Of a DNA stretch of 64,000 nucleotides, positions 43,590-57,405 are shown piece after piece; position 1 is the stretch's first letter; the number at the start of each line of letters is the position of its first letter. A model generated the notes under the pieces. That model searched no databases and was not told the DNA's origin. It worked only from the letters and a program-made list of their open reading frames with translations. The DNA is taken from positions 30,132,001-30,196,000 of the forward strand of contig OZ024751.1 of NCBI GenBank assembly GCA_964016885.1, read 5' to 3'. The translations under genes and the position numbers were made by a program. The stretch is from Eledone cirrhosa. Its lineage: Eukaryota.

Positions 43590-43790
43590 TACTATTACTG
43601 GAGGTTCAGGATCCATGGACAACTGCACTAATGGTCTCCTCTGCCCATACTCTCTCTCTCTCTCTCTCTCTCGCCATGACTGTGCACTCCACAATTATAC
43701 TTTCCATTCAATCCATCCCTGATATCACTCCAGTGTCTCCTTGATCTTCCTCTGGGTCTTCTGCCATCGATGGGGCAGAGATTCTGGGCC
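43590..43790 (-). pseudogene. Decayed RTE-like LINE 3' fragment
   Basis: Minus strand reads DGRRPRGRSRRHWSDI, resembling the RTE C-terminal GxRxRGRPxxxWxD motif. Confidence 0.45.
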
Positions 43791-44002
43791 CTGATGCCAT
43801 GGCCAAACTCTTATAGCTTTCGCTCTCTTATGGCCACCACCATCTGATTCTCTGTTACTCTCTCCTCCAGGAGAGAGTGAACGTTTGTTTAGTCGTCCAT
43901 CCATTCCTGATGTACTGTACCCACCTAGTAATGTATATGTACTCCACACAATACCACCACCACCACCACCACCACACCACCGCAACTACCACCACCGCCG
44001 CA

Positions 44003-44592
44003 TGTGTGTACGTACGTACGTACGTATGTATGTATGTATGTATGTATGTATGTATGTATGTATGTATGTGTGTATGTATGTATGTATGTATGTATGTATG
44101 TGTGTATGTATGTATGTGTGTATGTGTGTATGTGTGTATGTATGTATGTATGTATGTATGTATATGTGTATGTATGTATGTATGTATGTATGTATGTATG
44201 TATGTATGTATGTATGTGTGTATGTATGTATGTATGTATGTATGTATGTATGTATGTATGTATGTATGTATGTGTGTATGTATGTATGTGTGTATGTATG
44301 TATGTATGTATGTATGTATGTATGTATGTATGTATGTATGTATATGTGTATGTATGTATGTATGTAAAGACACATGAGAACACACAGCCAGAACAAAGCA
44401 ATGGAAAGTCCCGGAAAAGCCTACAGTTGCCATGTATGTGCCAGAGGGTTCAAGACCTTGGCTGGTTTAAACAGCCACATTCGTGCGTCATATTTTTGAG
44501 CATTTTATCGGGGGATGGCAATGCTCGGACACCAGTTGCAGCCATCATGTATGTATGAATGCATGTATGTACGTACGTAGTATATATGTATG

Positions 44593-44626
<34 letters not shown>

Positions 44627-44652
44627 TGTATGTATGTATGTATGTATGTACG

Positions 44653-44686
<34 letters not shown>

Positions 44687-44740
44687 TGTATGTATGTATG
44701 TATGTATGTATGTATGTATGTATGTATGTATGTATGTGAC
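44003..44740. repeat. (TATG)n microsatellite interrupted by a 180-bp insert
   Basis: Direct inspection. Confidence 0.95.
44366..44547 (+). pseudogene. 5'-truncated LINE 3' end encoding C2H2 zinc-finger remnants (probably RTE clade)
   Basis: 44368-44499 translates RHMRTHSQNKAMESPGKAYSCHVCARGFKTLAGLNSHIRASYF*, followed by a short UTR and (ATGT)n. Confidence 0.7.
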
Positions 44741-45078
44741 TACGTATCTATATATGTGTACGTGCGTGGGTCTGGATATGTTTATAGGTTTGCTAAATCA
44801 CCATGACAACGAACGAATTTTTTTTTTTTATTTAGAAAAAAAGGCCCCGACTACAACATGCCTTAGTTGTTATATCAGAGCAGAATAACAATATGGCGGT
44901 CATTACTTGATGAATGTCGACTGAATTACGTATACTATGGCGTCTACTGCTTTATGTTTGATGATGATGATGATGATGATGATAGTGATGGTGGTGGTGA
45001 TGGTAGTGGTGGTTATTGTTTTGGTGGTTATGGTGGTGGTGGTTATAGTGGTGGTGGTTATGGTGGTGGTGGTGATTG

Positions 45079-45109
<31 letters not shown>

Positions 45110-45219
45110 GGTGGTGGTGGTGATGATGATGGTTATGATGGTGATTGTGGTGGTGATGGTGGTGATGTTGGTGATGGTCTTGATGGTGATGATGGTGATT
45201 ATGATGATAATGGGGAAGC

Positions 45220-45251
<32 letters not shown>

Positions 45252-45690
45252 AAGAAGAAGAAGAAGAAGAAGAAGAAGAAGAAGAAGAAGAAGAAGAAGA
45301 AGAAGAAGAAGAAGAAGAAGAAAAATAAAAATAAAAAAAGAAAGAAGGAAAAAATATAGAAAAAAGAAAGAAAGAAACAAACAAACAAACAAAATAAAAG
45401 AATTATGGTAAAAGATATGAGGAGAAGTGGAGGCGGGATGACATTATAAAATAATAAAGATACTGACGAAGTGCAAGTGGCATGAGATGAGTGAATCGCT
45501 GTGGATTCTCAACTTCCGGTGCTAACACCAGTACCGGAAGAACGACCAATATATTTTAATGTTCCTTTCAATGGTGACTGATTTTATAGAATGGGGAGCT
45601 AATATTATTGTGTGGCGAGAGAACATACTGAGGAATCGGACATTCTGGAGAATGGAAGATTTTGATAAAATACGCACACACATATATACA

Positions 45691-45793
<103 letters not shown>

Positions 45794-45829
45794 GTAAAGA
45801 TAAAATGTAAATAAAGAAATGTGTAGAAT

Positions 45830-46167
45830 ATAATGAAATAAAGAAGAAAAGAAAGACGGGGAGTGAAGGAATGGGGAGAGAGATAGAAAGAGAGACATGA
45901 AAGAGAGTGAGAGAGAGAAAAAAAGAGAAGAGAGGAAAGAGAGAAAGAGAATGAGAGAGAGTGAGAGTGAGAGATAGAGTAAGTGTGAGAGAAAAAGGAG
46001 GGGAGAGAGAAAAAAAGAGAGATGTAGTGGGAGAGATAAAGAGAGGGAAAGAAAGAAAAAGATGAATGGGAGAAAGAGAGTGAGTGAGAGAGAAAGAAAG
46101 AGAGAGAGAGAAAAGAGAGAGAGGTAAAGAAAGAGATGAAAGAGAGAAAGAGAGTGAGTGAAAGTGA

Positions 46168-46255
<88 letters not shown>

Positions 46256-46620
46256 GATGAAAGAGAGAAAGAGAGTGAGTGAGAGAAAAAGAAAAAAGAG
46301 AGGGGGAAAAGAGAGTGGGAAATAAAGAGAGTAAAGAGAGAAAGAGTGAGAGAGAAAGAAAGAGAGAGGAAGGAAAAGAGAGAGGGAAAGAAAGAGAGAA
46401 AGCGAGTGAGAGAGAAAGTAAGTGAGAGAGAGAGGGGAGAGAGAGAGAGAGAGAGTGAGTGAAAGAGAAAGAAAGAGAGAGGAAGGGAAAGAGAGAGGGA
46501 AAGAAAGAGAGAAAGCGAGTGAGAGAGAAAATAAGAGAGAGAGAGGGGAGAGAGAGAGACGGCTGAAGTGGAAAGATACAAAAATACAAAGGGAGAGAAG
46601 AAAAGAAAACAAAAAGGAAG
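45830..46620. repeat. Purine-rich (GA/GAAA)n tract
   Basis: Direct inspection. Confidence 0.9.
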
Positions 46621-47126
46621 GCATGAGTAGGTGTGATTGTAAGAGTGAAAACGTGTAATTCAGTGGGTGAATGAGTGTAGAAGTAAGAGAATAAAAGGGA
46701 AAGAAGATAAAAGAATAAGAGAATAAGAGAATGATGATGGAACAAAGTATGTGTGTCAATATGCCAAGAGAGTAGCTAAAAGGTGTGGGGGGGGGGGGGG
46801 TTAGAAGGATTGGGGAAGAGGAGGAGGGGGATGTGGTTCAGATCAGAAACAATGGCTGATAATATTGTCAGGAATTGTAGAGAAGTGAGAAGAATAAGTT
46901 GACGTAAGACGTGAGAAACTGTGTTGGAATATAATATAATATCTAACGAATGATAATGGAAGGGTAAAATCTGGGAGAAAGTGCGAAAACGAATGAAAGA
47001 GGGAGGGAGAGCGAGAGAGAGAGAGAGAGGGGGGGGGGGGGGGTTATATATATTATACTATATGTACACTAAATATAAATGTATATATATATATATAATA
47101 TCTATATATATGTGTGTGTGTGTGTG

Positions 47127-47230
47127 TTTATCAGTAAGTAAGGTACTCAATACATAGAAGAGTATAAATATTTAATATAGAAATGGCTTCTACTGGACTA
47201 GAACTGTTTCACTCGGGAGAAATCATCATA
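47127..47230 (-). mobile_element. Short (TA/TG)n-embedded element with a degenerate hammerhead core
   Basis: Minus strand: tgatga-tttctcccgagt-gaaa-cagttc-ta ... gtattgagtacct. Related fragment at 40211-40245. Confidence 0.5.
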
Positions 47231-47236
47231 TATATA

Positions 47237-47422
47237 TAGGAAAAGAGTCAGGACTCCGACGGCTGAGCTCCGGCCGTTTCTAAGTTCAGAACTACCTATC
47301 GAAACGGCCGGAGCTCAGCCGTTGGGGTCCTACTCGTTCCTATTACCCACTCTACTACCCTAAGTATCGAGTACTCTGGTGCGTTATAGTCCACCTGGTT
47401 CCTTACCACACTTCCTTCATTA
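47237..47422 (+). mobile_element. Fold-back element family G, second copy
   Basis: Arms 47237-47280 and 47301-47342. Same 3' tail as 37475-37555 but a different loop. Confidence 0.75.
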
Positions 47423-47487
47423 TATATACACATTGTATATACACTATACATACACTACATGTGATTTTGCAAAGGACGTCACAATTG

Positions 47488-47597
47488 ATTTCTACAACTG
47501 ACTGAACTGGAGCAAAGGACACAACGAATGCCCCCGGTCCGGGAATCGAACTCACAATCGTGAGATTGTGAATCCAACGCTCTAGCCGCTAAGTAAC
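47488..47597 (-). mobile_element. tRNA-derived CORE-type SINE fragment with an internal deletion
   Basis: Minus strand: tRNA-like head with gagttcgattccc B-box, then gttgtgtcctt and tgctccagttcagtcag. Confidence 0.6.
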
Positions 47598-47878
47598 AAG
47601 GAGGTAGAAGGTTGAAAGAGAAGAATGACACAAGGGAGATAATCTAGAGTTGGACGAAAATGAAAGGATTTTCTTTTCATTTTTTTTGTTATATTTTTAG
47701 CCAGTAAAGTAAAATAAATATGAATCATAATTGTTTAAAGTTAAGGGCCGAAACATTTCTTTTGTGTGGTGAGGTTCTTCTCTAAAAACCTACAGTTCAG
47801 CTCTCCTGGGAGCTTCTTAACACTGTATGAATATATATACGGTGGTGGTGGCGGTGGTAGTAGAAGTAGCAGCAACAG

Positions 47879-47916
<38 letters not shown>

Positions 47917-47917
47917 T

Positions 47918-47976
<59 letters not shown>

Positions 47977-48043
47977 AGGTACAAATAAACAGGTTTCAAG
48001 CCATTAGCCAACGGAAACAACCGATTGTGAGGATGTGTGAAAT

Positions 48044-48081
<38 letters not shown>

Positions 48082-48118
48082 AGAGAGAGTGATGGAGAGA
48101 GGGAGGGAGTGAGAGAGG

Positions 48119-48171
<53 letters not shown>

Positions 48172-48310
48172 CGAATAGTCGCCATTGTTTGTATTGCCAC
48201 AATGTGAAATGACCTAAGCAGGGATAAATCTTTATCGTCATGAAAGAAGCTGGTTTAGTTGTTGTAGAGGAGTGTAACAAGATGGTTGGGTGGGTGGACA
48301 GGCGGTGATG

Positions 48311-51300
48311 TGGGTGGTGGATGGTGGGTGGTGGGTAGTGGGTGGTGGGTGGTGGGTAGTGGATGGTGGGTGGTGGATGGTGGGTGGTGGGTAGTGGGTG
48401 GTGGGTGGTGGGTAGTGGATGGTGGGTGGTGGATGGTGGGTGGTGGGTAGTGGGTGGTGGGTGGTGGGTAGTGGGTGGTGGGTAGTGGGTGGTGGATGGT
48501 GGGTAGTGGGTGGTGGATGGTGGGTGGTGGATGGTGGGTGGTGGGTAGTGGGTGGTGGGTGGTGGGTAGTGGGTGGTGGGTGGTGGGTAGTGGGTGGTGG
48601 GTGGTGGGTAGTGGATGGTGGGTGGTGGGTGGTGGATGGTGGGTGGTGGGTAGTGGGTGGTGGGTGGTGGGTAGTGGGTGGTGGGTGGTGGGTAGTGGAT
48701 GGTGGGTGGTGGGTGGTGGATGGTGGGTGGTGGGTGGTGGATGGTGGGTGGTGGGTAGTGGGTGGTGGGTGGTGGGTAGTGGGTGGTGGGTGGTGGGTAG
48801 TGGATGGTGGGTGGTGGGTGGTGGGTGGTGGGTAGTGGGTAGTGGGTGGTGGGTAGTGGGTAGTGGATGGTGGATGGTGGGTGGTGGATGGTGGGTGGTG
48901 GGTAGTAGGTAGTGGATGGTGGATGGTGGATGGTGGGTAGTGGGTAGTGGGTGGTGGGTAGTGGGTGGTGGGTAGTGGGTGGTGGATGGTGGGTGGTGGA
49001 TGGTGGGTGGTGGGTAGTAAGTAGTGGATGGTGGATGGTGGGTGGTGGGTGGTGGGTGGTGGATGGTGGGTGGTGGGTAGTGGGTGGTGGGTGGTGGGTA
49101 GTGGATGGTGGGTGGTGGATGGTGGGTGGTGGGTGGTGGGTGGTGGGTAGTGGGTGGTGGGTGGTGGGTGGTGGGTGGTGGATGGTGGGTAGTGGGTGGT
49201 GGGTGGTGGGTGGTGGATGGTGGGTGGTGGGTAGTAGGTAGTGGATGGTGGATGGTGGATGGTGGGTAGTGGGTAGTGGGTGGTGGGTAGTGGGTGGTGG
49301 GTAGTGGGTGGTGGATGGTGGGTGGTGGATGGTGGATGGTGGGTAGTGGGTAGTGGGTGGTGGGTGGTGGGTAGTGGGTGGTGGGTAGTGGGTGGTGGAT
49401 GGTGGGTAGTGGGTGGTGGATGGTGGGTGGTGGATGGTGGGTGGTGGGTAGTAGGTAGTGGATGGTGGATGGTGGATGGTGGGTAGTGGGTAGTGGGTGG
49501 TGGGTAGTGGGTGGTGGGTAGTGGGTGGTGGATGGTGGGTGGTGGATGGTGGGTGGTGGGTAGTAGGTAGTGGATGGTGGATGGTGGGTGGTGGGTGGTG
49601 GGTGGTGGATGGTGGGTGGTGGGTAGTGGGTGGTGGGTGGTGGGTAGTGGATGGTGGGTGGTGGATGGTGGGTGGTGGGTGGTGGGTGGTGGGTGGTGGG
49701 TGGTGGGTGGTGGGTGGTGGGTAGTGGGTGGTGGGTGGTGGGTGGTGGGTGGTGGGTGGTGGGTGGTGGGTGGTGGATGGTGGATGGTGGGTGGTGGGTA
49801 GTGGGTGGTGGGTGGTGGGTAGTGGGTGGTGGGTAGTGGGTGGTGGATGGTGGATGGTGGGTGGTGGGTGGTGGGTAGTAGGTGGTGGATGGTAGATGGT
49901 GGGTAGTGGGTAGTGGGTGGTGGGTGGTGGGTGGTGGGTAGTGGGTGGTGGGTAGTGGGTGGTGGATGGTGGATGGTGGGTGGTGGGTGGTGGGTAGTAG
50001 GTAGTGGATGGTAGATGGTGGGTAGTGGGTAGTGGGTGGTGGGTGGTGGGTGGTGGGTAGTGGGTGGTGGGTAGTGGGTGGTGGATGGTGGGTGGTGGAT
50101 GGTGGGTGGTGGGTGGTGGATGGTGGGTAGTGGGTGGTGGATGGTGGATGGTGGGTAGTGGGTAGTGGGTGGTGGGTGGTGGGTAGTGGGTGGTGGGTAG
50201 TGGGTGGTGGATGGTGGATGGTGGGTGGTGGATGGTGGGTTGTGGGTGGTGGATGGTGGGTAGTGGGTGGTGGATGGTGGATGGTGGGTAGTGGGTAGTA
50301 GGTGGTGGGTGGTGGATGGTGGATGGTGGGTAGTGGGTGGTGGTTGGTGGGTGGTGGATGGTGGGTGGTGGGTAGTGGGTAGTGGGTGGTGGGTAGTGGG
50401 TGGTGGGTAGTGGGTAGTGGGTGGTGGGTAGTGGGTGGTGGATGGTGGGTGGTGGATGGCGGGTGGTGGGTAGTAGGTAGTGGATGGTGGATGGTGGGTG
50501 GTGGGTGGTGGGTGGTGGATGGTGGGTGGTGGGTAGTAGGTAGTGGATGGTGGATGGTGGGTGGTGGATGGTGGGTGGTGGATGGTGGGTGGTGGGTGGT
50601 GGGTAGTGGGTGGTGGGTAGTGGGTAGTGGGTAGTGGATGGTGGGTGGTGGGTAGTGGGTGGTGGGTGGTGGGTGGTGGATGGTGGGTAGTGGGTGGTGG
50701 ATGGTGGATGGTGGGTAGTGGGTAGTAGGTGGTGGGTGGTGGATGGTGGATGGTGGGTAGTGGGTGGTGGATGGTGGGTGGTGGATGGTGGGTGGTGGGT
50801 AGTAGGTAGTGGATGGTGGATGGTGGATGGTGGGTAGTGGGTGGTGGGTAGTGGGTGGTGGGTAGTGGGTGGTGGATGGTGGGTAGTGGGTGGTGGGTAG
50901 TGGGTGGTGGATGGTGGATGGTGGGTGGTGGGTAGTGGGTGGTGGGTAGTGGATGGTGGATGGTGGATGGTGGGTGGTGGGTGGTGGGTGGTGGGTGGTG
51001 GGTGGTGGGTAGTAGGTGATGTGGGTGGTGGATGGTGGGTCGTGGGTGGTGGTTGGTGGGTGGTGGATGGTGGGTAATAGGTGATGTGGGTGGTGGATGG
51101 TGGGTGGTGGGTTGTGGGTAATAGGTAGTGGATGGTGGGTGGTGGATGGTGGGTGGTGGGTAGTAGGTAGTGGATGGTGGGTGGTGGATGGTGGGTGGTG
51201 GGTGGTGGATGGTGGGTGGTGGGTAGTAGGTAGTGGATGGTGGGTGGTGGATGGTGGGTGGTGGGTAGTGGGTGGTGGGTGGTGGGTGGTGGATGGTGGG

Positions 51301-51941
51301 TAGTGTGTGGTGGGTGGTGGGTAGTGGGTGGTGGGTAGTGGGTGGTGGATGGTGGGTGGTGGATGGTGGGTGGTGGGTGGTGGATGGTGGGTGGTGGGTA
51401 GTAGGTAGTGGATGGTGGGTGGTGGATGGTGGGTGGTGGGTAGTGGGTGGTGGGTGGTGGGTGGTGGATGGTGGGTAGTGTGTGGTGGGTGGTGGGTAGT
51501 GGGTGGTGGGTAGTGGGTGGTGGATGGTGGATGGTGGGTGGTGGGTGGTGGGTGATGGATGGTGGGTAGTGGGTGGTGGGTGGTGGGTGGTGGGTAGTGG
51601 GTAGTAGGTAGTGGGTGGTGGATGGTGGATGGTGGGTAGTGGGTAGTAGGTGGTGGGTGGTGGATGGTGGATGGTGGGTAGTGGATGGTGGGTGGTGGGT
51701 GATGGATGGTGGGTAGTGGGTGGTGGGTGGTGGATGGTGGGTAGTGGGTAGTAACTAGTGGGTGGTGGATGGTGGATGGTGGGTAGTGGGTAGTGGGTGG
51801 TGGGTAGTGGATGATGGATGGTGGGTGGTGGGTGGTGGATGGTGGATGGTGGGTAGTGGGTAGTAGGTGGTGGGTGGTGGATGGTGGATGGTGGGTGGTG
51901 GGTGGTGGATGGTGGATGGTGGATGGTGGGTAGTGGGTAGT
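48311..51941. repeat. 3.6-kb G-rich heptamer satellite (GGTGGTG/GGTAGTG/GATGGTG)
   Basis: Roughly 500 in-register 7-mers. The plus strand is almost devoid of C. Confidence 0.97.
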
Positions 51942-52024
51942 AATGTGACAGAGAGGATAAGGGACACAGGACATAGGACATAGTGTCAGATGAGTGAGTA
52001 TATATGTATATATATATATACATA

Positions 52025-52148
52025 TGAGTTCAAATCCCGTCGAGGTTAATTTTGCCTTTCATCCTTACGGGGTCGATAAAAATAAAGTACCAGTAATGTA
52101 CTGGTTAATTGCTGGCCTTGTGCCAAAAGTAGAAACAATTATTATTAT
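52025..52148 (+). mobile_element. 5'-truncated SINE, S variant
   Basis: B-box, core, short tail and (ATT)n. Confidence 0.9.
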
Positions 52149-52237
52149 CATGGCTAAGTGATTAATCTTGATACTCTGGAGTTTCACCTGTATACTCATT
52201 GTATCATCACATGAGTGTGCGCGTCTGTATGTACTCG

Positions 52238-52269
<32 letters not shown>

Positions 52270-52829
52270 TTAAAAGATATACACACACACACACATATCT
52301 GTGCGTGAGTATATGTGTGTGTTCCCGTTTCTGTGCATGTATACATATATATACGAATGCACATATGCAAATGTATGTATGTTTATATAAATGTATTTGC
52401 ATGTGTTTATATATAAGTCTGTGAATGCATGTATATATATATATGTATATTATGTATGTATATACAACTAATATATATTCATATATATATATATATACAT
52501 ATATATATACACATTTATGTATATACATAGATACATATATATATACATTTATATATATGTATATATATATATATGTATATATATATATACATTTATATAT
52601 ATATACATACATATATGTATATACACACACACATATATATATATATAAATATATATATATATATGTATGTATGTGTATATATATATATATATATATATGC
52701 AAAAGTTTTATTTAAAATTGTTGGGTTACAACAAGTAAATATTTTATAACTGATATAAAGCACTCGACAACTTTTTGGAGTAGGTTTACGATATTAAACA
52801 AATGGAAACTATATTTATAAAACCATATT

Positions 52830-52895
52830 TATTTCATTATACACATTTCAGGGATACCATATTAAAAATATGGCATGCCTTCGTCAGATAAAATA
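52830..52895 (-). ncRNA. Type I hammerhead ribozyme motif
   Basis: Minus strand: UAUUUUAU-CUGACGA-AGGCAUGCCAUAU...AUAUGGUAUCCCU-GAAA-UGUGUA-UA-AUGAAAUA. Confidence 0.75.
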
Positions 52896-52957
52896 CAATA
52901 TATAAACAGTTTTATATATTGTACGTCAAAATTATTTATAAAACTGTTTATATATTG

Positions 52958-53023
52958 TATTTTATCTGACGAAGGCATGCCATATTTTTAATATAGAATC
53001 CCTGAAATGTGTATAATGAAATA
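52958..53023 (+). ncRNA. Type I hammerhead ribozyme motif
   Basis: CUGACGA at 52966-52972 and GAAA at 53004-53007. Stem II carries two extra substitutions relative to the opposite arm. Confidence 0.7.
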
Positions 53024-53063
53024 AATATGGTTTTATAAATATAGTTTCCATTTGTTTAATATC

Positions 53064-53190
<127 letters not shown>

Positions 53191-53420
53191 ACGATGGTTG
53201 CCGAACACTGTACGCCTAATAATTCGGGCTGTTTGTTTACAAACAAACCGAGCATTATAATAAATGCTCGGTAAACCCATACGTACATATATATGTGTGC
53301 ATGTATGTATATATATATACCTACTACTGTACGTCTGTATACATATATGTATGTACGTATACATACTTACATTTAAGTATCAGCCGTACTAAGAGTGAGA
53401 AATGAAATTTCACATTTTTT

Positions 53421-53463
<43 letters not shown>

Positions 53464-53529
53464 CATATATGTATATACATACATATATACATACATATAT
53501 ATACAAAAGTTTTATTTAAAATTGTTGGG

Positions 53530-53561
<32 letters not shown>

Positions 53562-53569
53562 TAACATAC

Positions 53570-53633
<64 letters not shown>

Positions 53634-53641
53634 TAACATAC

Positions 53642-53746
<105 letters not shown>

Positions 53747-53812
53747 GTGGTATATATATAATATATGTGTATATACTGTATATACACATAGTATATATAT
53801 ATATGTATATAC

Positions 53813-53855
<43 letters not shown>

Positions 53856-53863
53856 TAACATAC

Positions 53864-53919
<56 letters not shown>

Positions 53920-54300
53920 ATATATATATACACACATGTATAATAATTTTAAAAAAAACATATAAATATATATTTTAGGTACATATGTCTTCAGAATGGT
54001 GCATGGCATCATGGCTGTGGGGTGGTGAGAAAGGAGCTGTGGTGGCGTGTGAATCCAGTCATATATACATGGTTGTATCGTTCGCTGCTCTCCCGTTGTC
54101 GTATTCTTTCCAATTGTTTAGATGTAAGAGCCGAGCTAGCTTAGCGTAAACTTCCAAGTTGGGGCGATAGCGATTTCTTCAATTCAACTTTAAATACTGC
54201 CTCAATATATACCACATATTCATGCGTTTATAATTCAATAACAATAACAAATGAGCAACAACTACAACTACAACAACAATAAAGAAACGAAAAACCGATT

Positions 54301-54358
<58 letters not shown>

Positions 54359-54541
54359 TTATGTATGTATGTATGAATGTATATGTATATTTATGTATAC
54401 ATATGTATATCTGTGTATACGTACGTATATGTATATGTGTGTATATATGTATGCTCGGGTCATTCTATTTTCTACAGAAATGTTGTTTTTTTTCAAAACT
54501 TATTTTGATATATTTCGTTTCATTTTTAGTTTATATATATA

Positions 54542-54621
<80 letters not shown>

Positions 54622-54707
54622 CTTTTACGATTGTTTCAGAATATTTGCCCGATAGAAACCTGGAGAAATATAGTAAAAGAATGAAAGAATGAAAGAAACA
54701 CACACAT

Positions 54708-54775
<68 letters not shown>

Positions 54776-54899
54776 ACACACACACACACACACACACTCA
54801 TACGCTCACGCGCAAGCATGCACACACCGATGTGTATGTCAGTAGGTCTATATTTTTGAACATATATATGTGAATATATATATATATATGTGTGTGTGC

Positions 54900-54940
<41 letters not shown>

Positions 54941-56123
54941 CACACACACACACACATTTATATATATATATATATATATGAACAATTTCCTCATATTTTT
55001 ACTGACTCAAAATTAACAAAGCAAACAGAAAAGAGCTAGCAGCGAAGCAGAGTAAAATACACGGGGTTCATCTGTAGCCATGGCGCCATGTTTGTTTCCA
55101 GAAAGAAAGAAAAAAGGTTAATACTTGAGGCTTTCATTTTGAACAAACAAACACACACACAAAAAAAAGAAACACGATAATAAAATAGAAAAGGAAAACA
55201 ACAAAAACAAACTAACAAATGAAATAATACTGAATAACATTTTTAAAATAAATGAAACACAAAACCCGAATAAAATTAAATATATGTGACAAATTTTTAT
55301 AAATTTTATGTAAACAGGAAATTATCAATCATTTGATAAGCTTAATTACGGAAAATTAATCAGGTTAGATCAGGTGTAAATTTAATTTCGGTTGAATAAA
55401 AACCGGAAGATATCACAGTAGGTTTCTGTACGAGGTAAAAACAACAACAACAACAAAACAAAAAAGTGAAATAACTAAGATTGGATACAATCGCCTTATC
55501 TGTTCTCTTTCAAACAGTTCCGGTTGAGCGAATAAATAATTTAGTAAAGCGATGTACGATCTGGTTCTGTAATTCTTCTAACCTGAACATTAATTAGATA
55601 TTCGAAAGGAAAACGTAGTATGCGCAATTTTACCGATGGTATTCACTTGATTAAGTAAACGAATATCTGCTCTGAATCGAGTTTATTTATATTTTATAAT
55701 CAGGAAAATCATGTTAGTACAGAAGTGTTGTGTAAAGATCCAAAATGGACGATTTATATTAACCTGTTAGACTATAGAAAAGAAAGGAGCCGATCATCAG
55801 ATCAGATCAAGGAAATAATGCATTCATTGCTATTTTTATTGCTGATATTATCTGCCGGACGGAACTTCTGGCAGAAGGAGGCAGGATTCGAACGCAAAAT
55901 ATTAATACATAGAGCCGTATCAGATACTGCAAATCATCCGGTCCAACGCTTTAATAATTCCACTACTCCACCCCAACTTGACTGTTACTATACAAGGATC
56001 AGCTGAAAGCTTGATAGGCTGAAAATTTCATAAGCTGACCAAGAAACTCTCATGGAACGACCAAATCAGGTATATTTTTCTACATAATCCCTGGAAGGAA
56101 TCAATGCAGTTATTAATAAGAAG

Positions 56124-56564
56124 GGTGATGACTGTCCCTAGCAAGTCTGGTTCGGTTTCAAGACGCTCGAGGATGTCCTGGCACACTTGCATGCGTCGAC
56201 CCTTCTGGTCATCGTTCAGCAGTTTTGGCACCATCTTCGCGCAGACTTTCCGCATGTCCAAATCTTCAGTGAGAATCTTCCAGACGCTGTCCCGATTCAT
56301 GCCCAGCTCATTTGCCATCAGTCGAACAGTCAGCCGACGATACCTACGTACCATCTGCCAGACGCGCTCAACGTTGACCTCAGTCCTGGTTGTTGAGGGC
56401 CTTCCGCTCCTGGGGTCATCTTCCACGTCCTCGCGTCCTTCTTTAAACATCTTAAACCACTCAAAAACACGTGAGCGCGACATCGTCTCATCTCCATACA
56501 CTTGCTGCAGCAATCCTAGTGCTTCTGACGGAGTTTTCAAGTTTGTTCGTTGCTCTGTGCTCAT
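56124..56564 (-). pseudogene. Mariner transposase DNA-binding region (147 aa), catalytic domain absent
   Basis: MSTEQR...VYGDETMSRSRVFEWFKMFKEGREDVEDDPRSGRPST...KVCAKMVPKLL...VIT shows a bipartite HTH, the GRP linker and a WVPxxL-like motif. Homology stops just before the expected GDE. Confidence 0.9.
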
Positions 56565-56752
56565 TGCTTGACGACCTGAAACAGGACATGTATATAAAAT
56601 TATGAAGAAAAAAGTTTGATCGCTGCAGAGAGGTAAGATTACAGTTACATACTCCAGGGGATTACTTTGAAGGAGAAAACTCTTTGTGTGAAGTTTGGGT
56701 TTGAAATAAATCTTTTGTGACATCAGTCCTGGAACTTTTCTGACACACCTCA
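56124..56752 (-). mobile_element. 3'-truncated mariner transposon (5' TIR plus N-terminal transposase)
   Basis: TA followed by the TIR-like tgaggtgtgtcagaaaagttcc at 56752. No second TIR seen. Confidence 0.88.
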
Positions 56753-57099
56753 TATATATATATATATATATATATATAGGTGGGGGGCTGTTTAAGAGCA
56801 GGCACGTGGGATACGTGTGTGAGCCTAGCGAAAGAATAGGGTGCGTGTACGAAGGAAATCTTTTCAAACGATGTTTCATTCGGAAATTATAAAACGTAGA
56901 AAACGAGAAAGAAATATTTTTCATTGAAATATTTAAAATATGTAATTAACAAAGGAAGAATAGAAATGAAATTGAAATATGTGTAAAGTATAAACTGCAG
57001 ACATGGGATGGAATGTCAGGAGAAAGTTGGTTGTACAGGAAAGTTTTAAAATTTGTTGAATAGAATAACAAGGAGAAATCAATGTATAAATAGTATGCA

Positions 57100-57405
<306 letters not shown>

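Noticed and set aside
48238-52023. 1261-aa and 1239-aa Pro/Thr/His-rich ORFs resembling extensin or mucin
   Set aside because: They are translations of the C-rich strand of a 7-bp satellite. A 7-mer gives the same 7-residue cycle in every frame and rarely makes stops.
56565-56924. N-terminal extension of the 298-aa ORF as part of a chimeric gene
   Set aside because: It runs through the TIR, a TA tract and flank with no protein signature. Transposase homology starts at the Met at 56564.
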